Source: Candidatus Latescibacterota bacterium (lineage in GTDB: Bacteria; Latescibacterota; UBA2968). From it: DNA of 64,000 bases. The stretch is from NCBI GenBank assembly GCA_965198115.1, contig OZ240241.1:896001-960000 (forward strand), written 5' to 3'. Each line of letters starts with the position of its first letter. The stretch's first letter is position 1. The notes below the pieces were generated by a model, which worked only from the letters and a program-made list of their open reading frames with translations, ran no database searches and was not told where the DNA came from. Positions 50,129 to 60,300 of this stretch are shown here, in pieces. Made by a program: the position numbers and the translations under genes.

Positions 50129-50440
50129 TCAGGGAGCGGAATCGGCGGGGGTGTCGTGTGGGGCGTCGGCCGGGATGTCGACGGTGACATTCTCGACGTC
50201 ACCCTTCACCTGTTTCTCTGCCTGCCTCCGCCGCTTCTTCCTTTCACGGAGGTAGACGGCTGGAATGCTGACGAGCAGGCTTGTCAGAACCCCTGCGGCG
50301 AACGTGATCATCAGCACCACGGCCAGTGAGCTCTCGGCCGAGAAACCGTAGATGTTGACTGTGACGGGAGTGGCATTCTGTATCGCGAACACGGCGGACA
50401 GGATCGCGATCACCAGGGCTAGAATCATGAAAATTCGCAT
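50129..50440 (-). CDS. LapA (DUF1049)-domain membrane protein
   Basis: Two TM helices around FAIQN..PVTV; basic tail. Confidence 0.75.
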   Translation of the reverse strand: MRIFMILALVIAILSAVFAIQNATPVTVNIYGFSAESSLAVVLMITFAAGVLTSLLVSIPAVYLRERKKRRRQAEKQVKGDVENVTVDIPADAPHDTPADSAP

Positions 50441-50481
50441 AGAACGCTCTCTGGCCGCGCCTTCGGCCGTGAGCAGACTCA

Positions 50482-51477
50482 CTAATCGACGTATACGACG
50501 GTTTCGTTCTCGAGCGATTCGATCGCAGCGGCCAGAACCTTTTGCGCGGCGAGGCCTTCCGCACCCGAGCCTTCGATCTCGTCCGGTGGGACCCCTTCCT
50601 TCACCTGCTGAACGAACGTGTGGATGCGATCGACGAACGTATCCGTAAAGTCACGGAAGCCGCCCCCGAACGCGGGGTTCGTGTAGACGGTCTTCTCCAG
50701 GTTCCCTGCCGGATAGAGCGTGAGCTCTTGCCACATATCTTCCAGAACGAAACGTCCCCCGGTCCCGGCGACTTCACATCGTTCCATCGGATGGCCGCGT
50801 TCGATGTCGTAGCTGCCGGTAAGAGACCCGACAACGCCGTTCTTGAAACGAAAATTAAACTGCGCCGTCGACCAGATCTTACGTCCGGGCGCCTTCGTGG
50901 CGAAGCACTGAACGGCCTCGATGTCACCGCAGAAATGGCGCATCACGTCGACGGTGTGCGGATGCAGCGCTTTGAGCTGGAAGTAGGGAGACGATTCGTT
51001 CGGGTTCATGATCCACATACTCATATTAATGAAGAGCAAGTGGCCGAGCCGCCCGTCATCCACCCACTGTTTGGCCAAACGCGCTGCGGGCGTGAAGCGG
51101 TGGTTGAGATCGATTCCGAAGCAGAGGTTCAGCTCTTTCGCCTTGGCGACCATCTCCTCGGCGAAGCGGATCTCGTTGGAAATAGGCTTTTCGCAAAGCA
51201 CGTGACAGCCGGCATCGAGTGCCTGCATCGTGGGTTCGTAGTGGTCGCTCCCGTACTCGTGGCCTCCCGTCGCGACGCTGCAGATGTCCGGGGCCATCTC
51301 TTTGAGCATAGACTGGGCGTTGTAGAAAGCGGGGATCCCCAGTCTTTCAGACGTCGCGTTGGCCCGCGACTCGTCTTTGTCACAAACGCCAACGAGTTCG
51401 GCGAGATCGTCTTCCGCGTAGACATCCGCGTGACGGTTTCCGATGGGGCCCAGACCGATGATGCAGACGCGCTTCAC
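50482..51477 (-). CDS. Gfo/Idh/MocA oxidoreductase
   Basis: IIGLGPIG..H, VLCEKP, NHRFTP. Confidence 0.9.
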   Translation of the reverse strand: MKRVCIIGLGPIGNRHADVYAEDDLAELVGVCDKDESRANATSERLGIPAFYNAQSMLKEMAPDICSVATGGHEYGSDHYEPTMQALDAGCHVLCEKPISNEIRFAEEMVAKAKELNLCFGIDLNHRFTPAARLAKQWVDDGRLGHLLFINMSMWIMNPNESSPYFQLKALHPHTVDVMRHFCGDIEAVQCFATKAPGRKIWSTAQFNFRFKNGVVGSLTGSYDIERGHPMERCEVAGTGGRFVLEDMWQELTLYPAGNLEKTVYTNPAFGGGFRDFTDTFVDRIHTFVQQVKEGVPPDEIEGSGAEGLAAQKVLAAAIESLENETVVYVD

Positions 51478-51479
51478 GA

Positions 51480-52502
51480 TCAGGTTGCAGGCACGTCGAC
51501 GACCGTGCCGGTGTGCCAGGATTCGATGGCTGCCTCGATAACGAGTTGGGCCTTTAGCGCTTCTTCACCTGAGCCCTCGATTTGGGCGGGGTCGTCCCCG
51601 TCGAGATTTTGCTGGATCCATCTCCCGATGCGACTCTGGAAGGTTTCGCCGAAGGCCATCATACCGCCGATGTAATCGTAGGTTTCGGTCTCGCGAGATC
51701 GTCGAGGGTGGAAGTGGAGGTGTTCGCAGGCTTCTTCGAGGATGAAGCGTGCGTCGGATCCGACGACTTCGAGTTTCTCCAGACCGTAGGATCCACCCGG
51801 TCCGGTGGCGTCGTAGCTGCCGGTCAGGTTGCCGACGATCCCGTTGGAAAAGAGCATTCCGACCTGGGCGTTCGACCAGCAGTGACGTCGATTTCCTTCA
51901 TTGTCGATGCCGCGTTTCATGAATGCGTGGACTTTCGCGACGTCGCCGCAGAAATACCGCATTACGTCGATCGAATGGGGGTGGAGGGCACGCAGGTGAA
52001 AGTGTTCTGAGGACTCTTTCCGGTTGTTGATCCACATTGTCATATTGATAATGTTGATCTCACCCAGCCGGCCGGATTCGACCCACTCTTTTGCCCGGGC
52101 GGCGGCGGGTGTGAATCTGTGGTTCAGGTCGATGCCGTAACGCAGGCCCTGTTCTCGAGCCAGCGCGACCATCGCGTGCGCTTCGTCCACGTTGTTCGAG
52201 ATCGGTTTTTCCCCCAGCACGTGGATACCGGCGCCGAGCAGTTCCATCGTCGGCTTATAGTGATCGCCACCGTTTTCGACACCTGCCGACGCGACACTGG
52301 CGATATCGATCGATAGATCGCTCTCCAGCAGTTCCTGAACAGAGTAGAATGGTTTGGCTTCGTAGGCGCCGGCGGCCTTGTCGGCGCGCTCTTCGATCAG
52401 GTCACAAACGGCGACGACGTCACAGTCGTCGTGGTCGTGATAGATCGACGCGTGTCGATTTCCGATCCCACCGAGACCGACGACGGCGACTTTCAATGAC
52501 AT
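51480..52502 (-). CDS. Gfo/Idh/MocA oxidoreductase (paralog of the adjacent gene)
   Basis: VVGLGGIG..H, VLGEKP, NHRFTP, ALHPHS.D. Confidence 0.9.
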   Translation of the reverse strand: MSLKVAVVGLGGIGNRHASIYHDHDDCDVVAVCDLIEERADKAAGAYEAKPFYSVQELLESDLSIDIASVASAGVENGGDHYKPTMELLGAGIHVLGEKPISNNVDEAHAMVALAREQGLRYGIDLNHRFTPAAARAKEWVESGRLGEINIINMTMWINNRKESSEHFHLRALHPHSIDVMRYFCGDVAKVHAFMKRGIDNEGNRRHCWSNAQVGMLFSNGIVGNLTGSYDATGPGGSYGLEKLEVVGSDARFILEEACEHLHFHPRRSRETETYDYIGGMMAFGETFQSRIGRWIQQNLDGDDPAQIEGSGEEALKAQLVIEAAIESWHTGTVVDVPAT

Positions 52503-52522
52503 TGGACGACTCCGGACGTTGT

Positions 52523-53317
52523 TTAAGCGAAGAGGGGTTCGAAGGCGTCGTGGGAACGCTGAACGACGGGGTCGATTTCGTCGACCGCCATCTCCTTCGT
52601 CCCGACGATTTCGAGGACGGCGTATGTGACGCGTGGTGCCGTTTTAAGCTTGGATGCGAGGGCGTCGAGGTTCAGATCGCCCTCGCCGGCAACCTGTTGC
52701 GCGACCGGGCAGATGTTCAGCTGACGCGTCTTGACGTCACGGATTCGAATGGAGAACATATGTTCCAGAAGGGGGTCGAGCGTTTCCTCGGGGATCTCTT
52801 CCTGGGGCGTGCGCCAAATGTGAGTAGGGTCGTAGTTGATGCCGATCCAGTCCGAGTCGACATCGGTCATCATCCTCAGGGCGGTCTCGGTGTTGTAGAC
52901 GGCGTTTCTGACGTGGGGTTTGATGCTGACCCGAACCGATCGGGATGCTGCCTCCGGAGCGATGCCGTTGAGCTTCTCGATGACTTCGCCGTAGGTGACT
53001 TCGTCGTCCGATTTCCCCCCGGCGCCGGTCGTGATGACGGGTGCACCCACGGCGGCCGCAGCGTCCAGGGCCCGTAGAAATCGGTCACGGTCGCCGAAAT
53101 TGCCACTTCCCCCGATCGACTCGATCGCCAGTCCCCGTTCTGCCACGGAGGTGGCGATGTCATCGTAATAAGTAGCGTCCTGGTCGAGCTGGAGATGGGG
53201 GGCCGCACCTGAGATCGCACAAAGTTCGATCGCCGAATAGCCGGCCTTGGCGATCCGGTCGAGCGCCAGGGCAAGATCCTGTCCCCCGTAGAGAATCGTG
53301 CTACAACCCAGTTGCAT
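52523..53317 (-). CDS. Sugar phosphate isomerase/epimerase (xylose isomerase-like TIM barrel)
   Basis: GYSAIEL, INYDPTH, RD....GEGD, LEI. Confidence 0.8.
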   Translation of the reverse strand: MQLGCSTILYGGQDLALALDRIAKAGYSAIELCAISGAAPHLQLDQDATYYDDIATSVAERGLAIESIGGSGNFGDRDRFLRALDAAAAVGAPVITTGAGGKSDDEVTYGEVIEKLNGIAPEAASRSVRVSIKPHVRNAVYNTETALRMMTDVDSDWIGINYDPTHIWRTPQEEIPEETLDPLLEHMFSIRIRDVKTRQLNICPVAQQVAGEGDLNLDALASKLKTAPRVTYAVLEIVGTKEMAVDEIDPVVQRSHDAFEPLFA

Positions 53318-53362
53318 CGTCGCTTTTGCTCCTTTTAGATGGGGCCGCCTGAAAGCGGCCAA

Positions 53363-53391
53363 TGTATACCGGTCACCAAATGGGTTGTCAA
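53363..53391 (-). promoter_or_regulatory. Sigma70 promoter of the isomerase/oxidoreductase operon
   Basis: TTGACA-17-TATACA on the minus strand. Confidence 0.6.
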
Positions 53392-53421
53392 GACGAAAGC
53401 CCTGTTCGAACGGGGTACACG

Positions 53422-53447
53422 AAAAAAGCACTCGATTCCGAGTGCTT
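53422..53447 (-). terminator. Rho-independent terminator
   Basis: AAGCACTCG-GAAT-CGAGTGCTTTTTT on the minus strand. Confidence 0.75.
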
Positions 53448-55172
53448 GGATCGAGCGACCGGGATAGACGTCTACTTTTGAAGCTCTTTGAGTAGCTCCT
53501 TCGTCGCTTCTTTCCGGATCGATTCTGTGGCCTGCTGTTTGATTTGATCGATGTCCACCTGACTCGCATACCATCGCATCACGGCCATAAAGCTCGCGAC
53601 GACGACGCAGGCGACGAAGAGACTGCCGAAAAGCAGGACGTTGCGTCGCGTAAGTCTTCTACGACGCGGCGGTCGATGCATTTCGCGATGACGCTCCCCG
53701 CGCCTGTGTGTTTGGCCATCCGATCGACCTGAGCTACCGACCATCGCGTCGGAAAACCCCGGGTCCGAGGGAGACGGAGGGGGAGAAGCTGGTGGAGGTG
53801 CTGTTCGAGGTGGCTCGGGGGCTTGCGGCGTTTCGGCGACTTTTGGTGGCTCGGGTGTGTAGGATGGGGTTGTTGGTTGGGTCGTCTTCGGGTCTTGAGG
53901 AACCGCCGTCGCCGGGGGCGGTTCTGTGGAGGCATCTTTGTCGTGCCGCTGGAGCGCACTGAGTACGTCGGAGGTGTCGTTGCCTCCGGGTGATGCCGGT
54001 GGAGAAGGTGCCGCCGGTGGGGGTGGACCCGAGCCGACTTTGCTGAGCGCGGCGAGCACGTCGGCTTCATCGCCCTTGACGGCGGGACCTGCGTCTCGGA
54101 CGGTCCGTCGGTCGTTTCGGTCGACGTTAGGAAGTCCGTCATCGACGTCGTATCGGTACCAGAGGATGCCGTCGGGGCAGCGGCATCCTCGGACGACGAG
54201 GGCTCCGAAGGCGGCCCGATCACTCGTTCCACGTGGGCGAGGATGTCAGCCGCCCTGAAAGGCTTCTGAACGAAGGCCTCGACATCCAGCTTCTTCAGAT
54301 CGTCCGAGACCTCGTCGGTAATGAATCCAGAAACGATGATGACGGGAATCTGCACGCCCTCTTTTCTCATGAATTCCAGGAGGGACGGCCCGTCGATCGT
54401 CGGCATTTTGAGGTCGAGGAGAATCAGGGACGGGTTCTGGGTCCCGATCGCGTCGACCGCATCGGTCCATTTAACGGCACCGATGGGACGATAACTCGCG
54501 GCCTCGAGGATGTCCTTGAGGAGGTCGACGATGCTGGGCTCATTGCATGGTTTCATAAACATTATTACGTATGTCTTGAACATTATTTGTAGCTTATGTT
54601 CTCCTTCAAAAGGAGGAGAACAATGCCAAGACGTTCGCCTTATGTGGTGTTACTGTCTGAGAAGGAACGGGTCGACCTCGAGCGAATGGCTGGACAATAT
54701 ACGTTACCGTATTATCAAGTGATCCGATCGAAAATCGTGCTTCTCGCCGCCGAGGGATTATCCAACAAGATTATCGCCCAACGGTTGGATGTCCCGCGTC
54801 CGATCGTAAGCAAATGGCGTAAGCGCTTTTTCGAAGAGCGTCTTTCGGGACTCGAAGATAGATCTCGTCCCGGGCGCCCGCCCGGTTTTCCCCCCTCAGG
54901 TGGTCGTTCAGATCAAGGCGCTGGCGTGTGAACTACCGAGCGAGAGCGGGATACCGCTCTCGCGGTTCAGCTGTTCCGAGATTGCCGCCGAGGCAGTGCA
55001 AAGGGGCTTCGTTGCCAAGATCAGCGGCGCCACTGTCTGGCGCTGGTTGAACGAGGACGCGATTCGTCCTTGGTATCATCGCTCCTGGATTTTCCCACGG
55101 GACCCGGACTTCCAAACCAAAGCAGGTAGAGTCCTTGATCTGTATCACCACCAATGGCAAGGAAAGCCTTTA

Positions 55173-56466
55173 GGGTTCGCGAATAAATAAACGGTCGATC
55201 TCAATGTTGAGCCATTGGCCGGATCGTGTAGTTCCAGTCGCCGTGGAAATCGTGCGGAGTGAGATCGATTTGGGTCATCTGTTCATCGGTCACCTTGACC
55301 CCGTTAGGGTAGGGTCGCTTGTCGATCTCGGAGCGTACTCGGAGACCGGCTTGAGTGGTCGTTCCGGCAATGAGATTCACGGTTGCAGCCAGGCTGACCA
55401 GGGGCTTGCCTCGCCAGTTCATAGCGATGAAGGAGAACAGGCGATGTTCGATCTTGTTCCACTTACTAGTGCCAGGAGGGTAGTGGCATACGGTGATCGT
55501 CAGGCCAGTGCGATTCGCAAAGCGCTGCAGCTCCCACTTCCACAGCCGCGTCTTGGCGCCGTTGCTGCCGCCTGCGTCCGCCGTGATTAGCAGATGCGTC
55601 GAAGTGCCGTAGGCGGGCCGTCCCATGTTCTTCCACCAACTTCGGATCGCATTCACGGCGAAGCTGGCCGTGTCGTGATCGATACCGACACTTACCCAGC
55701 CTTCATCACGGCTCAGATCATACACTCCATAAGGGATCGCCTTGCCCTGAGCAGGCACTATGAAATCGTGTACCTTCACACGCTCCGGGTCTCCCTTGGG
55801 TCGCCATTCTCGGCCAGGATTCTTGAAGTCGCCGATCAACTCTTTCTTCTTGGTGTCCACCGAGATAACGGGAAGGCCCTGCTGCTGCTGCTGGCTAATC
55901 CGATCATCGAGGTAAACGAACTGAGCGTCCCGATCCGGGTGTGCAGATCCCTCCCTTGTCTTCCGATTCGCCTGCAGCGTGTAATCGTGTTCGTGCAGGA
56001 GATTGGCAACGATCCTGGGGCTCACCGAATGCCCCATCGCTTGCAACTCGGCGGCCAGTTTGCGAGTGCTCTTCGATGTCCATCTCAGAGGATTGTCGTC
56101 AGGCGACCCCGCAGTCGTTGGCTCGACCAGATCATTCAGGTCCTGCCACAGCGTCGGGTCCGTGTCGGCCTTCCGCTTACGACCGCCGCCTGGACGCCGG
56201 ATGCGAGCCGGGTCCAAAGGTTCGTCCGACCTCAACTCCTGAATGCCACGAAAGATCCGCTCTCTGGACATTCCTGTCGCCAGAGCCACAATCGCGATCC
56301 CACCGTGACCCAACGCTTCGGCTTCCGTGGCGGCCCACAGACGACGCGTGCGTTCCGTCAGCACCGGAGCCAAGGCTTCATACTTCGTTCGGAGAGTTTC
56401 GACGTCCACACTCCGAGCGTAAGATCATTACCTTGAAAAGTGCAGCACTTATTTCGTGGCAAACCC
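55173..56466 (-). mobile_element. ISAzo13-family element
   Basis: TIRs GGGTTCGCGAATAAATAA / GGGTTTGCCACGAAATAA; 3-bp TSD TTA at 55170-55172 and 56467-56469. Confidence 0.92.
55201..56409 (-). CDS. ISAzo13-family transposase
   Basis: ER.RRL.AA.EA, HPDRDAQF, ISVDTKKKE, DAGGSNG, PPGTSKWNKIEHRLF, FHGDWNY. Confidence 0.95.
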   Translation of the reverse strand: MDVETLRTKYEALAPVLTERTRRLWAATEAEALGHGGIAIVALATGMSRERIFRGIQELRSDEPLDPARIRRPGGGRKRKADTDPTLWQDLNDLVEPTTAGSPDDNPLRWTSKSTRKLAAELQAMGHSVSPRIVANLLHEHDYTLQANRKTREGSAHPDRDAQFVYLDDRISQQQQQGLPVISVDTKKKELIGDFKNPGREWRPKGDPERVKVHDFIVPAQGKAIPYGVYDLSRDEGWVSVGIDHDTASFAVNAIRSWWKNMGRPAYGTSTHLLITADAGGSNGAKTRLWKWELQRFANRTGLTITVCHYPPGTSKWNKIEHRLFSFIAMNWRGKPLVSLAATVNLIAGTTTQAGLRVRSEIDKRPYPNGVKVTDEQMTQIDLTPHDFHGDWNYTIRPMAQH

Positions 56467-57384
56467 TTAGGGCCGAGGGAATATGTACTTTCTGCCGACG
56501 AAAAGACCAGTATTCAAGCACGAGCTCGCAAGCACGTTACCCTACCGCCAGCCTCGAACAGAGCGGCACGCGTTGAAACACGAATACGAGCGGAAAGGAG
56601 CCCTGGCCTATCTGGCTGCTCTCGACGTGCACAATGGTCGAATCTTCGGTCTCTGTGAGTCTTCTTCGGGTATCGAGCCCTTCAACCGGCTCCTGAGCCT
56701 GATCATGAGCCGGAAACCCTATTGCTCGGCAAAGAAAGTCTACCTCATCGTGGATAATGGCTCCTCGCACCGAGGGCAAACATGCATCGACCGTATCCAG
56801 GGGAAGTGGCCAAACATCCACCCCGTTCACCTTCCGATCCACGCAAGCTGGCTCAATCAGATCGAGATCTACTTCTCGATCCTCAAACGCAAGGCTCTGA
56901 CACCTATCGAATTTGCATCGCTCGAAGAGCTTGAGGCAAGAATCCTCGGTTTTCAGGAACGCTACGGACGTATCGCCACACCCTTCAAATGGAAGTTCAC
57001 ACGAACAGATCTCGCGGAGATGATCGACAAACTCAGGTTCTACGATACGCCCTTGGCAAAGTCTGCTTAGAATACGTCACCGTATTTGCGAACAGGAGTA
57101 CTCATCGTCGATGATGAGCACCGTTTTGGGGGTTGCTGAAACGGCCATTCAGTCTAAAGAGTAAGGGGCAGTGAAGTGACGCCTTGAATACTAATGCAAT
57201 CGTATGGGCACGACAACACGAAAGGTGCAAGCGGCAACCTGCTTTTGTGGGACGATTCCGGACTGTCCTTGCCCGGTGCACGTATGGATACTATATTGCG
57301 GATGTCTGAGGCTCGTCAGGTCAGATCCCCACGCCATGATTCCGTCCTCATATGTTCCTTGTAAGAACTGGACCAAAGCGTTTT

Positions 57385-60300
57385 ATGGAAATTAGAGACA
57401 TCGTCGTAAAGGGTGCGCGCGTCCACAATCTCGTCGGTGTCGACGTGACGCTACCCGATCGGGAACTCATCTGCTTCACGGGCGTGTCGGGATCGGGCAA
57501 GTCTTCTCTGGCGTTCGACACCATCTACGCAGAAGGGCAACGACGATACGTCGAATCCCTGTCGGCCTACGCGCGTCAGTTCCTGGGACAGTTGGAGAAG
57601 CCCGATGTCGATCAGATTACGGGTTTGTCGCCGACTATCTCCATCGAGCAAAAGTCGGCCGGCCGGAACCCGCGATCGACCGTCGGGACGATCACGGAAG
57701 TCTACGATTACCTTCGCGTCCTGTACGCACGCGTAGGGTCTCCCCACTGCGCCTCCTGTGGGGAACCGATCGGGTCCCAAACGCGGGACGGCATCGTCGA
57801 TCGGATTCTGGACAGCTACGATGGTGAGCGGGTTCTGGTTCTGGCGCCCCTCGTAGAGGGCCGCAAGGGCGAATATCAGGATCTGTTCGAAGACCTCCAA
57901 CGTCAGGGCTACATCCGTGCCCGCGTCGACGGCAAGGTCGTATTGCTCACGGAGGTCCCCGCTTTAGAACGACACATTCGACACGATGTGGATGTCGTGG
58001 TCGACCGTCTGTCGATCAAGCCCGACGTTCGGGCCCGCTTGGGGGAGGCAGTGGATGGCGCGACACGGTTGAGCGGTGGAACGCTCGTGATTCAGGCCCA
58101 CGGCAGGGGCGACCTTCTTCTGAGTGTCTCCTACTCGTGTCCGTCGTGCGGACAGAGCGCGTCCCCGCCGACGCCGCAACTGTTCTCGTTCAACAGCCCC
58201 CAGGGTATGTGCCCGACGTGCCGCGGTTTGGGGACCCACGTTCGAATGGATGAATCTCTGGTCGTGCCCGACGCCAGACTGTCGGTCGTCGAAGGCGCGA
58301 TCGGCCCGCTCGGAATACCTCGAAATCGATGGAAAATGCACTACTACGAGGGTGTCCTCGGTCGTCACGGCGCCGACCCCACCACTCCGTGGGCAAAGAT
58401 CCCGCCACGGGCCCGACGCGAGTTGCTCTATGGTGTAAAGGGATCGATCGAGCTGGCGTGGAAACGTCGCAACGGATCGATCTATCGTCATCGGGGTCGC
58501 TTCGAGGGGATTCTGCCCCCGCTCGAACGGCGATACGCTGAATCGGCGTCTCCGGCCGTACGTAAAAAGCTCGAGTCCTTCATGCTCGAGGGGCCCTGCG
58601 CTGATTGCGAAGGGTCGCGTCTCAGGGCCGAAGCCCGAAGCGTCCTGGTCGGAGGGCGGTCTCTGCCCGAAGTAACCGAAATGGCGATCGATGAAGCCCG
58701 CGCCTACTTCGACGCCCTTGTGCTGGGCGAAAAGGAGGCGGCCATCGCCGAGGACGCCCTTAAGGAGATCGGCGCGCGTCTGACTTTTCTCCTCGATGTC
58801 GGTCTCGACTATCTGTCGCTCAGCCGAACGGCACCAACACTGTCGGGGGGCGAGGCCCAGCGGATCCGCCTGGCCAGTCAGATCGGAAGCGGGCTCGTCG
58901 GCGTCACCTACGTCCTGGACGAGCCTTCGATCGGATTGCATCACCGGGACAACGGTCGTTTGCTCGACGCTCTCTGTCACCTGAGAGACGCGGGGAATCG
59001 CGTCGTCATTGTCGAGCACGACGAGGATACGATGCGTCGAGCCGACCGGGTCTTCGATTTCGGACCGGGCCCGGGGCATCTGGGCGGCGAGGTCGTGGCC
59101 GAGGGCGGATGGCGCAAGATCGCGAAGACCCCAACCTCGGTGACAGGCGCCTACCTGAGCGGACGGCGCAGGATCGAGGTACCGGAGACGCGGAGGACGT
59201 CCGAACAGAGCGTGACGATCCTGGGCGCCAATCAGAACAACCTCAAGAACGTGACCGTCGGGATTCCGACCGGCGTATTCACGTGTGTGACGGGGGTGTC
59301 GGGCTCGGGCAAGAGTTCCCTCATCAACGACGTGCTATATCGCGCACTAGCCCGCGATCTCAACGGCGCCGAGTCGAGGCCCGGTGAGCATCGCCGGATC
59401 GATGGCGTCGACCGGCTCGACAAAGTGATCGAGATCGACCAGCAGCCGATCGGTCGCACGCCCCGCAGCAATCCCGCGACGTATACCGGCGCCTTCAGTC
59501 CGATCCGAGCGCTGTTTTCCGAACTGCCGGAGTCCCGCGTGAGGGGCTACAAGCCCGGAAGGTTCAGCTTCAACGTCAAGGGAGGGCGGTGCGAGGCCTG
59601 CCAGGGGAATGGCGCCAACCTGGTCGAGATGGATTTCTTGGCCGATGTCTGGGTTTCCTGCCCCGTGTGCGAAGGCCGGCGGTTTCGACGCGAGACGCTC
59701 GACGTCCGGTTCAAGGACCACTCGATCGCCGACGTGCTGGAAATGGAGGTCGAAGAGGCCTGCGCCCTGTTTCGCGACATTCCTCCGATCCACCGCGTGT
59801 TGAGCGTCCTCGTCGATGTGGGAATGGGCTACGTGAAACTCGGACAGCCGGCGCCGACGCTGTCGGGCGGCGAGGCGCAACGCATCAAGCTCGCCAAGGA
59901 GCTATGCCGGGCGAGCACGGGGAAGACGCTTTACATCCTGGACGAACCGACAACCGGTCTGCACTTCGCCGATGTGCAGAATCTTCTCAACGTGCTCAAT
60001 CGTCTGGTCGACCTGGGGAATACGGTCGTCGTGATCGAGCACAACACCGACGTCATCAAGATGGCCGACTGGGTGATCGATCTCGGACCCGAAGGTGGAG
60101 AAGAGGGGGGCAGCGTCGTGGCGGTGGGGCCACCCGAGGTCGTGGTCCAAACCGAGGGGTCTCACACGGGGGCTGCGCTCAAGCGTGCGCTGACGCCGGG
60201 AGCGGTCAGTCCGAACGGGCGAACGGGGCGGCGGAAGAAAGCAAAAGGCTTGAGCGACATCGAGGTCTTCGGAGCGCGCGAAAACAACCTCCGCGAGGTC

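Larger units (their letters stand above)
54544..57100 (+). mobile_element. IS630-family element (second subgroup; ORF 54623-57070 with slippery TTTTCCCCCC), interrupted by ISAzo13
   Basis: HTH, SADEKTSIQAR, DNGSSH, HASWLNQIE; CTCAT repeated at both junctions; extra indel at ~56575. Confidence 0.88.
53472..57148 (-). pseudogene. Receiver domain + Pro/Ser/Thr linker + C-terminal TM protein, interrupted by IS630 (57148-57101 + 54538-53472) and frameshifted at ~54085
   Basis: MAVSATPKTVLIIDDE|PSIVDLL..LILLDLKMP..IVSG..QKPF rejoins in frame; TM VLLFGSLFVACVVVASFMAV. Confidence 0.82.

Noticed and set aside
57354-57368. GTTC-N7-GAAC palindrome before uvrA as an SOS box
   Set aside because: It is a single short instance whose spacing/orientation matches no LexA box I know, and I did not see it upstream of the glycosylase.
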